From: an uncultured Candidatus Saccharibacteria bacterium
GTDB lineage: Bacteria; Patescibacteriota; Minisyncoccia; JAHISW01; Tagabacteraceae
DNA: 64,000 nt
NCBI GenBank assembly: GCA_964601305.1
Contig: CAZRMW010000002.1
Coordinates: forward strand, 3,439 to 67,438
Direction: 5' to 3'
The stretch's first letter is position 1. Each line of letters opens with the position of its first letter. Below the pieces are notes generated by a model. That model made no database searches. It was not told where the DNA came from and saw only the letters and a program-made list of their open reading frames with translations. The position numbers and the translations under genes were made by a program. Shown here piece by piece: positions 19,226 to 27,952 of this stretch.

Positions 19226-20322
19226 TATTGTGTCAGTTTTTTTTCAGCTAACTTTAAAAAATTGTTTATTAATTTTGACATTTCTTCTCTAATTTTTTGG
19301 TTTTCCTCTAGAGATAAGATTGTTCGTAGTGGGTCATCCTTAATTTTTTTAATATTTTCATATACTTTTTGTGTTGCTATAAAAAGCTCAACTTCTCTTT
19401 TGTGAATTTCTAAAAAATCAGATGGCACTAAAACTTTTTTCATATTTTTTGCAGAAATTTTGTAGTGTTCTATAAAATCGTCTATTTTTTTAAAATTTTC
19501 TGTTTGTATTGCTTCTTCTAAAATATCTTCTTCTGTTTCTTTGTGTGGTATTTCTGGAATAGCATCACCAACAGCTAATAGATATTTATTTATAGATGCT
19601 GGAGAATTATCTGAAGTAATTTTAAATTCAGAAGCTGGAATTTTTGTATAAAAACCAGATACAAAAGCAAGGAGTCCTTGATTGGTGTCTGAATCTAAAA
19701 GAGCAAAAACATTTTCTGTTTCAATTTGGTCTATTTGGGAAGGGTCTTTTATGTGCGAGCTAATAGTTTGCGCAAAGCTCTGTGTAAGATTTGAGTTTTC
19801 TGAGGCTGTTTTTGTATAAACTGGCGCCTTCTCAGATTTTTTACCGGTGTCTGGATTTGAGAGTGGGTCTAGCGGATCGTACCCAGATTGTGTTTCTTTT
19901 CCATCAGTGTGTCCGTCTTCGTCTGTGTCTGGATTATTTACATCTGTTTTCCAGAGAGTTTCCTCCCAATCTCTTAGACCATCTTCGTCGGTATCTAGAT
20001 TAACTTTTTCAACCATTTTAGGTGTGAGTAGGGCAGAAGTTTTTTCGTAAATTGTTTTTGGCTCTTTGTTTTTTACAAATAAAAACCAGCTTCCTAAGCC
20101 AAAAATGCCCAGCCCAAGCAGGATTACCAAAATAATTATTATTTTGTTTTTCACCCTTTTATTGTACCACTTTTTTATGGCTTTATTGTTGAGTTTTTTG
20201 GGGATAATTATTGTGTATTGACAAAATAAGCAAAAAATGCTTTTATGTGTAGAGAAAACGAGATAAATCTCGCCAGAGGCGAGTAAATTTTTAAAAAATA
20301 AATACAAATTTTTGAAAGCCAC
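19225..20322 (-). CDS. membrane-anchored protein with thrombospondin type-3-like Ca-binding repeats (first gene of the T4SS-like operon)
   Basis: TM segment IIIILVILLGLGIFGLGSWFLF followed by DTDEDGLRDWEE...NPDTDEDGHTDGKE (DxDxDG repeats). The annotated GTG start at 20322 and the first ~55 codons are doubtful; the real start is probably near 20160. Confidence 0.5.
   Translation of the reverse strand: MAFKNLYLFFKNLLASGEIYLVFSTHKSIFCLFCQYTIIIPKKLNNKAIKKWYNKRVKNKIIIILVILLGLGIFGLGSWFLFVKNKEPKTIYEKTSALLTPKMVEKVNLDTDEDGLRDWEETLWKTDVNNPDTDEDGHTDGKETQSGYDPLDPLSNPDTGKKSEKAPVYTKTASENSNLTQSFAQTISSHIKDPSQIDQIETENVFALLDSDTNQGLLAFVSGFYTKIPASEFKITSDNSPASINKYLLAVGDAIPEIPHKETEEDILEEAIQTENFKKIDDFIEHYKISAKNMKKVLVPSDFLEIHKREVELFIATQKVYENIKKIKDDPLRTILSLEENQKIREEMSKLINNFLKLAEKKLTQ
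20265..20284. repeat. hairpin repeat AAATCTCGCCAGAGGCGAGT, copy 1
   Basis: Identical 20-mer at 58495-58514; stem CTCGCC/GGCGAG. Lies in the leader of the T4SS-like operon. Confidence 0.6.
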
Positions 20323-20364
20323 GCCGCAAATTGTATATGCAGGCGGGCAAGGAGGTGTGAAATG
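20316..20364 (+). promoter_or_regulatory. conserved GC-rich leader element, copy 1 (AAGCCACGCCGCA ... TATATGCAGGCGGGCAAGGAGG)
   Basis: Near-identical to 45475-45527; ends in the extended SD AAGGAGGTG 8 nt before the ATG at 20362. Confidence 0.55.
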
Positions 20365-21123
20365 ACTTTTAGGTGGCAGGTTATACTGGCTATTTTCTTT
20401 CTGTCGTTAATGGCTGTAATGATGCTTGGTGGCTGTGCTGCAACTAAAATCCAAAAAGAGGCGTATGTTGGGAGTCAAAAAGCTGCTGAAATGTCGGCTA
20501 AGGTGGCTGCCATAAACAATGCAAAATTGGCTGGGGTTAATCCCGATTGGATTGCTGATCGGTTGGACATTCCAAGAGAGGCTATTAATTCTGGTGGAGG
20601 CAACGAATTTATGCCCGTGGTTTCTTCTTCAAGAAAAGCCTTTATGGGGCCTGTAAGAGAGGAGTTTAACAATATCACCCGAGGAGCTCTCGGCTCTGTG
20701 GGCGCTGCAGCTATTGGTGGATATTTCTACGAAAGGGGCCAAAAGGTTGCCGGAGAGTACTACGAAAAAGGCCAGGCGGCACGCCGTCCGTCTAATTTGT
20801 CGGTAAATACTGGAATAGGTGTAAGTGCTGGAATTTCTCCCAGTGTTACCAGTGGACAGTCTGGAGGCACAACAGTCTCAACTCAACCAACAGCACCTGT
20901 TGTTGTAAGTGTCCCAGGTTCTGGCACTAACACAACAAGCTCCAGTAATAATTCGTCTTCGACCACAACATCATCGACGACATATTATTACAACACTCCT
21001 TCTACAACGACTGGTCCTGGTGTTGTCATTTACAACCCGCCTATAGTGGGGCCCACACCAACGAGCCCGTCAACCACAACTCCAAGCGGTGGCCCTGCGG
21101 GAGGTGCAAATCACGAAGATTAA
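20362..21123 (+). CDS. lipoprotein with Ser/Thr-rich C-terminal region
   Basis: Lipobox MMLGGCAAT, a Gly-rich middle section, and an S/T/P-rich C-terminus; GC content is noticeably higher than the flanks. Confidence 0.6.
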   Translation: MTFRWQVILAIFFLSLMAVMMLGGCAATKIQKEAYVGSQKAAEMSAKVAAINNAKLAGVNPDWIADRLDIPREAINSGGGNEFMPVVSSSRKAFMGPVREEFNNITRGALGSVGAAAIGGYFYERGQKVAGEYYEKGQAARRPSNLSVNTGIGVSAGISPSVTSGQSGGTTVSTQPTAPVVVSVPGSGTNTTSSSNNSSSTTTSSTTYYYNTPSTTTGPGVVIYNPPIVGPTPTSPSTTTPSGGPAGGANHED

Positions 21124-21198
21124 AAGCAAGGGGAAGGCTTTCAAAGCTAACCCCTTGCATCTCATCTTGAAATCCTTAGTATTTACTTAATTAAGGAT

Positions 21199-22413
21199 TT
21201 GAATATGGGATTAATAATTATGAAAAATATGAATAAAATTAAATATATAGTTTCTACAGTGTTTATTTTCGCTGTTTTTATGGCGCCTACAAGTGTAGCT
21301 TTGGCCGATTCTTATATAAATTTAAATAGTCATCCATTAGATTTTGAGACCTTAAGAGTCGGAAATGTAACGCAAAACCCAAACACCACAAGCGCAGATT
21401 GGGGTACTTCAGTTTATGCAAATCCTGGAGATGTATTGTCTTTAGCTATTTATTACCACAATGCTACAGATAAAACTGCTCAGCATTTGAGGGTTCATCT
21501 TGTCCCTAAAAATAGTTTGGCAGAAGCAAAAATACATGTTTTTAAGGCAGAAATTTGGTCAAATCAACACAAACTTGTTTCTGGAAACATTACAATAAAA
21601 CTTTCAGAGCCAAGAAGAATTGATTATATAAAAGACTCTGTAGTATGGAGACCAAACCAAACTATTTATAGCTCACAAAACCTGCTTTTTGGTCAAAATC
21701 CAGACAATATTTTTACAAACGGAATAATTTTAGGAGATATTTATCCAGGATGGAGTACACAGGGAAATGTAGTAGTCGGTTTTAAAGTTGCTCAAAATGG
21801 AAACAGTGTAGCTCCTACAAATACAACTTCAAACAATTCTGTAAAAACAGTTTATGTGCCAGTAAACAACAATATTGGGTCCCCGTTTTTTATAGAAAAA
21901 GAAGTTGAGAATGTAGACAACCCAAACGGTACCGATTTAGAAGTAGCAGCCAAGAGGGGTGATCTTGTGAAGTTTAAAATTACCGTAAGAAATATTAGCG
22001 ATAGAGAACTTTACAATATAGAAGTAATAGATGAAATTTCTAATTTCTTAAGATTTGTAAACAGCGAGGAAGAAAATAGCGACTTTACTCAAAAGAAAAT
22101 TATTTGGAATATAGACAAACTTAGTCCTAAGGAAAAAAGAGAATTAGTTTTAGAAACTATTGTTGCTGATGACGCAGAATTTGAAGGTGTGATTAAAAAC
22201 GGGGGAGAAAGAACCACAGCTGAACTGAATGGGAAAATTCAAACATCAAACGAAGTGTTTGTGAGGGTTTCTAAAAGTGTAAATATTTTTGGGCCAATTG
22301 GTGGGTTAGCCGCTGGTTTGTGGAATTTTGGCTCTAATGTGCTTTATTATCTGGGTATTTTAGCCTTTATAATTCTAGCTATTTGGGGAACTCTAAAATT
22401 CGCCAAAAAATAA
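21199..22413 (+). CDS. cell-surface protein (signal peptide plus C-terminal TM anchor), DUF11-like repeat domain
   Basis: N-terminal signal peptide, beta-rich repeats, and a C-terminal hydrophobic anchor IGGLAAGLWNFGSNVLYYLGILAFIILAIWG followed by KFAKK. Confidence 0.5.
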   Translation: MNMGLIIMKNMNKIKYIVSTVFIFAVFMAPTSVALADSYINLNSHPLDFETLRVGNVTQNPNTTSADWGTSVYANPGDVLSLAIYYHNATDKTAQHLRVHLVPKNSLAEAKIHVFKAEIWSNQHKLVSGNITIKLSEPRRIDYIKDSVVWRPNQTIYSSQNLLFGQNPDNIFTNGIILGDIYPGWSTQGNVVVGFKVAQNGNSVAPTNTTSNNSVKTVYVPVNNNIGSPFFIEKEVENVDNPNGTDLEVAAKRGDLVKFKITVRNISDRELYNIEVIDEISNFLRFVNSEEENSDFTQKKIIWNIDKLSPKEKRELVLETIVADDAEFEGVIKNGGERTTAELNGKIQTSNEVFVRVSKSVNIFGPIGGLAAGLWNFGSNVLYYLGILAFIILAIWGTLKFAKK

Positions 22414-22417
22414 TAAC

Positions 22418-22528
22418 TATCGACATCCGATGTCGATAATTGAATATATGGCTTAAAATGGTAGAAACCACCTAAATGTAGAGCTACATTTAGGTGGTTT
22501 GTATCTGTTGGAAGCTAAGCTTCCAACA
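22418..22528. repeat. three consecutive perfect hairpins
   Basis: TATCGACATCCGATGTCGATA (22418-22438); a 17-bp stem AAACCACCTAAATGTAG...CTACATTTAGGTGGTTT (22465-22500); the palindrome TGTTGGAAGCTAAGCTTCCAACA (22506-22528). Confidence 0.7.
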
Positions 22529-22554
22529 GGTGAGAGGGAGTCTATTTGTGAGCT

Positions 22555-22581
22555 TGACAAAGTACATAGATGTAGTATAAT
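22555..22581 (+). promoter_or_regulatory. sigma70-type promoter (TTGACA, 15-nt spacer, TATAAT)
   Basis: TTGACA at 22555-22560 and TATAAT at 22576-22581, upstream of ORF 22671. Confidence 0.5.
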
Positions 22582-22670
22582 GTAGATAGAAAATAAAAGC
22601 CCCCGCCGAGCGGGGTAAATTGAAAACATAAATATAGATTTTTTGACAGCCTGCGGGCGGGGAGGTTCTG

Positions 22671-23081
22671 ATGAATTTTTATGACAGACCGATGAGTTCA
22701 TTGTCTTGGTTTATGGTCGGCTTCTGCCTCATTTTTGCACTTTTTGTACAGGGGTGTGGAGTACGTCTTCCTGTAGTAAGAATTCAGGAGGTACCAACAA
22801 TTTCGGGATTTTTTTACAACTACAAGGTTATGAATGGTCTTGGAAAACAAGTCCAGTTCACCTACAAAGGTCAGTTGTACACCTTGGATCCAGGAGCTCA
22901 TGCGAATATTCGTATCCCAATGCATGGGCGCAGACAGGAGATTGTTCTACCGATGATGGTCTATGATGGGCCAGACATGGTAGGAACGAAAGGTGTTAAA
23001 ATTTGGATTCCCAAGTTGTTTTCCAATGCATCAGCAAAGGAGGGATTTACCCATATTACGAGTTTTATAAAATTCCGGTGA
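22671..23081 (+). CDS. small putative lipoprotein
   Basis: 136 aa; hydrophobic N-terminus ending FALFVQGCG; preceded by the promoter and the GGGCGGGGAGG SD-like motif; followed by an intrinsic terminator at about 23105-23145; GC content is elevated. Confidence 0.5.
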   Translation: MNFYDRPMSSLSWFMVGFCLIFALFVQGCGVRLPVVRIQEVPTISGFFYNYKVMNGLGKQVQFTYKGQLYTLDPGAHANIRIPMHGRRQEIVLPMMVYDGPDMVGTKGVKIWIPKLFSNASAKEGFTHITSFIKFR

Positions 23082-23122
23082 ATTATTCGTTGGAGTTTCC
23101 CAAAAACAAAAACGGCTAGGTT

Positions 23123-23935
23123 TTACACCCGGCCGTTTTTAATTTTTTTATATAAACAATCCCAATCTTCTAAAGATAGATTTTCTGGGCGGGATTTTTC
23201 TGGAATGTTGCAACTCTCCAAAATATTGCCAGAAATATTTAAATTATTTTTTAGCATTTTTCTTTTTTGAGAAAATCCTTTTTTAATCATCTCAAAAAAT
23301 TCCTCCTCATCTATTCTGTTGGAAGCCGAGCTTCCAACACTTCCAACAAAAAAGTTTTTGGAGATATTTGATATTTTTAGTACTACAGAATCTACTTTTG
23401 GCTTTGGTATAAAATGTTTGGCAGGCACATTTTTTACTATTTTAGGCTCACCGTAAGCCCTTACGCTAATTGAAAGTACGCTGTTTTTTATTTTGCTTTT
23501 TTGTTTTTTTGCTTTTTTGTTTTTTTGTCCGACAATTCTTTCAGCAACTTCTTTTTGTACCATTAAAATTATGTCACTTGGCTGGTAATTGCTAGATAAA
23601 AATTTTTTGAGTATTTTGCCGGTAATGTAGTAGGGAATATTAGCGACAATTTTATAATTAGTGTACGGCAGTTCGCTGTCTTTAATATCTAAAATATCTT
23701 TATTTATCAACTCTAAATTGGTAATGCTAGAAAACTTTTCTTTTAGATTTTCAAAAAGTCTCTCGTCTTTTTCTATAGCAATTACCTCCTCGGCTTTTTT
23801 AATAAGTTCTTCTGTTAAGATTCCTTTGCCTGGACCAATTTCTAAAACGGTGTCGTTTTTTTCGACTTCTGCTAATTCAACAATTCTTTTTGCAATATTG
23901 GGAGATGTTAAAAAATTTTGTCCGAGTTTTGCCAT
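23123..23935 (-). CDS. rsmA: 16S rRNA (adenine1518/1519-N6)-dimethyltransferase
   Basis: KsgA motifs VLEIGPGKGILT, ANIPYYIT and FIPKPKVDS; contains the in-frame palindrome TGTTGGAAGCCGAGCTTCCAACA (23317-23339). Confidence 0.85.
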   Translation of the reverse strand: MAKLGQNFLTSPNIAKRIVELAEVEKNDTVLEIGPGKGILTEELIKKAEEVIAIEKDERLFENLKEKFSSITNLELINKDILDIKDSELPYTNYKIVANIPYYITGKILKKFLSSNYQPSDIILMVQKEVAERIVGQKNKKAKKQKSKIKNSVLSISVRAYGEPKIVKNVPAKHFIPKPKVDSVVLKISNISKNFFVGSVGSSASNRIDEEEFFEMIKKGFSQKRKMLKNNLNISGNILESCNIPEKSRPENLSLEDWDCLYKKIKNGRV

Positions 23936-24347
23936 ATAGTTTTAAAATACATCATCTCTTCTAAATCACAAGTTGTTTAACCCCGCCACAAAAACTAAAT
24001 TTCTACTAAAACACTCCCAAATTTTAAAATTATAGTCGCCTCATAACAAAAAACTCAAAACTCGTCTTCGATAAACTCAGACTCAAACAGTTGAGTTTTT
24101 CTATTCGTCTCCTTAATTTTTAAAAACTTTCCCGTTAAGTCGTAGAAATTTGTTTTTGTGGTGGTGTTTATAAAAAAAGAAAATAATACTAAATTTAAAA
24201 AATTTATCGCAGACCGAAGTGGGCATGGTTTTTTCTGGAAGAAAAAGAGCGAGGTCGAGATATAAGCAAATTTTTCCACGCTGGGGAAAAATATTGTGTT
24301 TTTTTAAATTTAGGTATTGGTTTCTTTGGGAAGGGGTAGTTTTATGG

Positions 24348-26300
24348 TTAGAAATCTAAAAAATTAGTTATTGTTACTTCATCGAAAGTTTCTTCGAAAA
24401 GTTCTTGGGGAATGTCGTTTATAAATCTGGAAGGTTTGTTTATTTGTCTGCCACCAAAAAGATTTCGGCTATAGGAAAAAGAAAGATGTAATTTTTCTTT
24501 TGCTCTTGTAAGGGCTACATAAAAAAGTCTTCGCTCCTCTTCCTCCTCATCTCTACCAAAAGACAACCCTTTTATATATGGGAAAAGCCCGTCTTCAAGG
24601 CCAACTATAAAAACATACGGAAACTCGAGTCCTTTGGCAGCGTGAACAGTCATAAGTCGAACACTCCCTCTTATTTTTTTATTATCATCCTTAATTTCAT
24701 CTTGGTCGCTAATTAAAGACACATCTTCTAAAAATCTTTCAACACCTGTTTCTGGGTCTAAGGTGTCGTATTTTTTACTAAGCACTAAGAGTTCGTTTAG
24801 GTTGTCTATTCTTGCTAAATCTTCTTCTGTCTTAGGGTTTAAGGTTTTTTTGTAGCCACTGTTGTTTATTATAAATTTTAGTGCTTCTGAAAGAGGCTTC
24901 TGTTGTAAAATTTTCTCTGTGCTTTTTAGAAAATCTAAAAAATCTTTCATTTTTGCTGCACGAGCTGGGGGGAGAGGATTACCGGCAATGTATGTTAGTA
25001 GGCTAGTTTTTCCAAGTCCGCGAGATGGTTCGTTTATAATTCGTTCCAAACTTACAACATCATCTGGATTAATGGCGGCCTTAACGTAGGCAACAATATC
25101 TTTTATTTCTTTTCTTTCAAAAAACCTTGTACCGATAACTTGATAGGGAATTCCACGTGTAATAAAAGCTTCTTCTAAAACTCTAGATTGGAAATTAGCT
25201 CTATAAAGCACAGATATTTTTGATGGTTGCAGACCATCTTCGATAAGCTTAAAAGATGTTTTAGCTATAAATTCGGCCTCTTCTTTTTCGTTTTGTGCGT
25301 CAAAAATAGTTAAGTTGTCACCTTCTTTAATCTCAGAAAAAAGATTTTTAGGCTTTCTCATTTTGTTTTTTTCTATAATTGCGTTGGCGGCTTCTAGTAT
25401 AGTTTGGCTAGATCTGTAGTTTTGCTCAAGCATTATTATTTTAGTGTTTGGCCAATCTTTTTCGAAGTTTAAAATATTTCCAAAATTAGCTCCTCTGAAG
25501 GAATAAATACTTTGGTCTTCATCTCCCACAGCACAAATATTTTTGTATTTTTGGGCGAGTAGTTTGGTAAGAACATATTGAGAGTGATTAGTATCTTGAT
25601 ATTCGTCTACTAAAATATATTTCCAGCGATTTTGGTATTTTTCTAGCACTTTTGGATGGTCTTCAAAAAGATAAACAGTTTTTGATATAAGGTCGTCGAA
25701 ATCGGCAGTTTTTTGTTTAACCAAAGATTCTTCGTATTTTTCCCAAATAGAAGCTACTATTTTGGGGAAAAATTTTACTCCCGCTTTTTGTTGATAATCC
25801 TCTAGTTTTACTAAATTTGATTTTTGTTTGGATATAATTCCTAGGATTTTTTTTGGGGAAAATTGTTTAGGATTTATTTCTAATTCTTTTTGACAATTTT
25901 TAATTGTCTTTAAAGATTCGTCACTGTTTAAAATAGAAAAATTTTGGGGCAAGCCCACCTTGCGTCCATTTTCTTTTAAAATTCTTAGGCATATTGCATG
26001 AAAAGTCCCAATAGCTGGAGAACTATCGAAATCCGATTTCAATAGTTGAAAAACTCTTTCTTTCATTTCTTTAGCAGCTTTGTTTGTGAAGGTGACAGCT
26101 AAAATTTGATTTGGCTTAACACTATTTTTAATGAGATTTGCAATTCTATGAGTGATAACCATAGTCTTTCCAGCTCCAGCGCCAGCTACAACGAGCAATG
26201 GACCATCTTTGTATAACACTGCTTCTTTTTGTTGAGGATTTAGATTTTTTAGGAGATCTTTCATTGGTTTAAGGTTAGTATAGTTTAGGTTAAAAGCCAA
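24348..26300 (-). CDS. pcrA: UvrD/PcrA-family ATP-dependent DNA helicase
   Basis: Superfamily 1 helicase motifs: Walker A AGAGAGKTMVITHR, the DEYQDT motif, and the C-terminal VALTRAKE. Confidence 0.85.
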   Translation of the reverse strand: MAFNLNYTNLKPMKDLLKNLNPQQKEAVLYKDGPLLVVAGAGAGKTMVITHRIANLIKNSVKPNQILAVTFTNKAAKEMKERVFQLLKSDFDSSPAIGTFHAICLRILKENGRKVGLPQNFSILNSDESLKTIKNCQKELEINPKQFSPKKILGIISKQKSNLVKLEDYQQKAGVKFFPKIVASIWEKYEESLVKQKTADFDDLISKTVYLFEDHPKVLEKYQNRWKYILVDEYQDTNHSQYVLTKLLAQKYKNICAVGDEDQSIYSFRGANFGNILNFEKDWPNTKIIMLEQNYRSSQTILEAANAIIEKNKMRKPKNLFSEIKEGDNLTIFDAQNEKEEAEFIAKTSFKLIEDGLQPSKISVLYRANFQSRVLEEAFITRGIPYQVIGTRFFERKEIKDIVAYVKAAINPDDVVSLERIINEPSRGLGKTSLLTYIAGNPLPPARAAKMKDFLDFLKSTEKILQQKPLSEALKFIINNSGYKKTLNPKTEEDLARIDNLNELLVLSKKYDTLDPETGVERFLEDVSLISDQDEIKDDNKKIRGSVRLMTVHAAKGLEFPYVFIVGLEDGLFPYIKGLSFGRDEEEEERRLFYVALTRAKEKLHLSFSYSRNLFGGRQINKPSRFINDIPQELFEETFDEVTITNFLDF

Positions 26301-26538
26301 ATTTTAGTTTTTTTGTGATATCCACAAGGTATTGATTTGCTATTGATTTTTTGCTTGTTTTGAGTACAATACAGAGACGGTTGAAGAGTCGATTATTTGA
26401 CAGAAATGGCTTAAATTAAGGCTTATTTTAACAAATTCACAAGCCCCAGAAGAAATAGATAGTAGCAAAAACAACGCAAAAATTTACAGATATACCAAAC
26501 GGGGCAACTTAAAACTTTTTATTATATCACTCACAGTA

Positions 26539-27522
26539 ATGGGTGTGTTTAGTCTTGCTAGTGCTGGTGTTGCAGAGGCAGGATTTTTTTCTTTCTTGGA
26601 CAAAGTTTTTGGTTTAGAAGAGGAAAAAATTGAAATCATTCAAAATTCTCAAACAGCATCTTTGCTTAAGCCAGTGGTAAATTCAGATTTAACTGCAGGA
26701 AAAGGTGGCGGTGGGCCGACCATTGTAGACAAGAGTGCGCTTTTGGCGGATACAGGGCCTTTGGGGAGTATTGCAGATGTTGAAGAAAAAATTGCTAATT
26801 CAGACAAGATTAGCATTTATGTAGTAAGAGAAGGAGATAGTTTGTCTGGCATTGCTAAAATGTTTGGCGTGAGTGTAAATACAATTATTTGGGCAAACGA
26901 TATTTCTAGAGGAGATTTAATTAAAACTGGAGAAACTCTTATAATTTTACCGGTTACGGGTATCAAATATACTATCAAGAAAGGAGATACTCTTTCTTCT
27001 GTTGCTAAAAAATACAAAGCTGATTCCGATGAAATTTTAGACTACAATGATTTAATAGATGGCAGTGAATTAGCTATGGGTGATGAAATTATTATTCCAG
27101 ATGGTGAAGCCCCATACAAACCTGTGATGAGGAGTTACGGTAAGAGTAGATTGAGAGGCTCTGGTGGACCAAACTATGTTGGGTACTATATAAGTCCAGT
27201 AAGTAACTCTAGAAGAACTCAAGGTCTTCATGGTTATAATGCTGTAGATTTGGCAAACTACTGTGGAGCGCCAATTTTGGCTGCAGCTTCTGGTGATGTA
27301 ATTATTTCTAGATCTTACGGTTGGAATGGTGGTTATGGAAACTACATAGTTATAAGCCACCCAAATGGCACACAGACACTCTACGCACACAATAGCAGAA
27401 ATATTGTAAGTCGTGGTTGGCATGTGGTGAAGGGGCAAGTAATAGGGTATATGGGAAGTACAGGTAAATCTACGGGATGCCACGTTCACTTTGAGATTCG
27501 TGGAGCCAGAAATCCATTTTAA
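26539..27522 (+). CDS. LysM-domain M23-family peptidoglycan endopeptidase
   Basis: Two LysM repeats (YVVREGDSLSGIAKMFGVSVNTI and YTIKKGDTLSSVAKKY) and the M23 motifs HGYNAVDL and GSTGKSTGCHVHFEI. Confidence 0.85.
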   Translation: MGVFSLASAGVAEAGFFSFLDKVFGLEEEKIEIIQNSQTASLLKPVVNSDLTAGKGGGGPTIVDKSALLADTGPLGSIADVEEKIANSDKISIYVVREGDSLSGIAKMFGVSVNTIIWANDISRGDLIKTGETLIILPVTGIKYTIKKGDTLSSVAKKYKADSDEILDYNDLIDGSELAMGDEIIIPDGEAPYKPVMRSYGKSRLRGSGGPNYVGYYISPVSNSRRTQGLHGYNAVDLANYCGAPILAAASGDVIISRSYGWNGGYGNYIVISHPNGTQTLYAHNSRNIVSRGWHVVKGQVIGYMGSTGKSTGCHVHFEIRGARNPF

Positions 27523-27591
27523 AAACGATAACAAGCAACTTATAATGAGTAACCAGTAATTACGTATTTTATACGTAGTTTTTTGTTGTGC

Positions 27592-27619
27592 TTGACAAAA
27601 TATATAAATAAGGTATAAT
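27592..27619 (+). promoter_or_regulatory. sigma70-type promoter (TTGACA, 16-nt spacer, TATAAT)
   Basis: Lies just after the M23 gene terminator (27560-27585) and upstream of the first Zn-ribbon gene. Confidence 0.55.
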
Positions 27620-27671
27620 ACGAACAGAAAATAAAGATAAACTTTGATATAAAGGATAAGGGAGGAAAATT

Positions 27672-27926
27672 ATGTATTCGGACAATCCAGCTTTCAAAAA
27701 AGGTCCTTACGGACAGTGCCCTGATTGTCGCTGGGTAGACTTAGAACTATCTGGCTTTGAAACAAAATCCTTGAGATGCCCAGTATGCAAAGAAAGGTTT
27801 GAGGCATCCGGGGAGGCCGAGTACCTCAAAAAATTGGCAAAAGAAAAGAGGGAAAAGGCGACTAAAAATTTTTTCAAAAACGCCTGGGGTATGCCCGGTC
27901 AGAAAAGGGTACAGCCTTCCCCTTAG
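27672..27926 (+). CDS. small zinc-ribbon protein, paralog 1
   Basis: 84 aa with CPDC...CPVC; SD AAGGGAGG; 33 nt identical to paralog 2. Confidence 0.55.
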   Translation: MYSDNPAFKKGPYGQCPDCRWVDLELSGFETKSLRCPVCKERFEASGEAEYLKKLAKEKREKATKNFFKNAWGMPGQKRVQPSP

Positions 27927-27952
27927 TATTCCCGTCCAGGGGGTAACATAAC

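Noticed and set aside
20163-20322. First ~55 codons of ORF 19225-20322 (MAFKNLYLFF…)
   Set aside because: It starts at a GTG inside the conserved leader element and runs through the AAATCTCGCCAGAGGCGAGT hairpin with junk-like composition. The genuine start is more likely the GTG or TTG just before the TM segment near 20160, so the gene is kept but the N-terminus is distrusted.
22453-22966. Overlapping ORFs 22453-22701(-), 22698-22925(-) and 22706-22966(+)
   Set aside because: They overlap the promoter and hairpin region, or lie antisense or out of frame to ORF 22671-23081, which has promoter, SD-like motif, N-terminal hydrophobic segment and terminator. None has an SD.
24055-24279. 74-aa ORF in the 410-bp rsmA to uvrD/pcrA intergenic region
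   Set aside because: No SD, Phe/Leu-rich AT-driven composition, no motif. The long intergenic region may hold promoters or an ncRNA, but nothing recognisable (no RNase P, SRP or 6S signatures).
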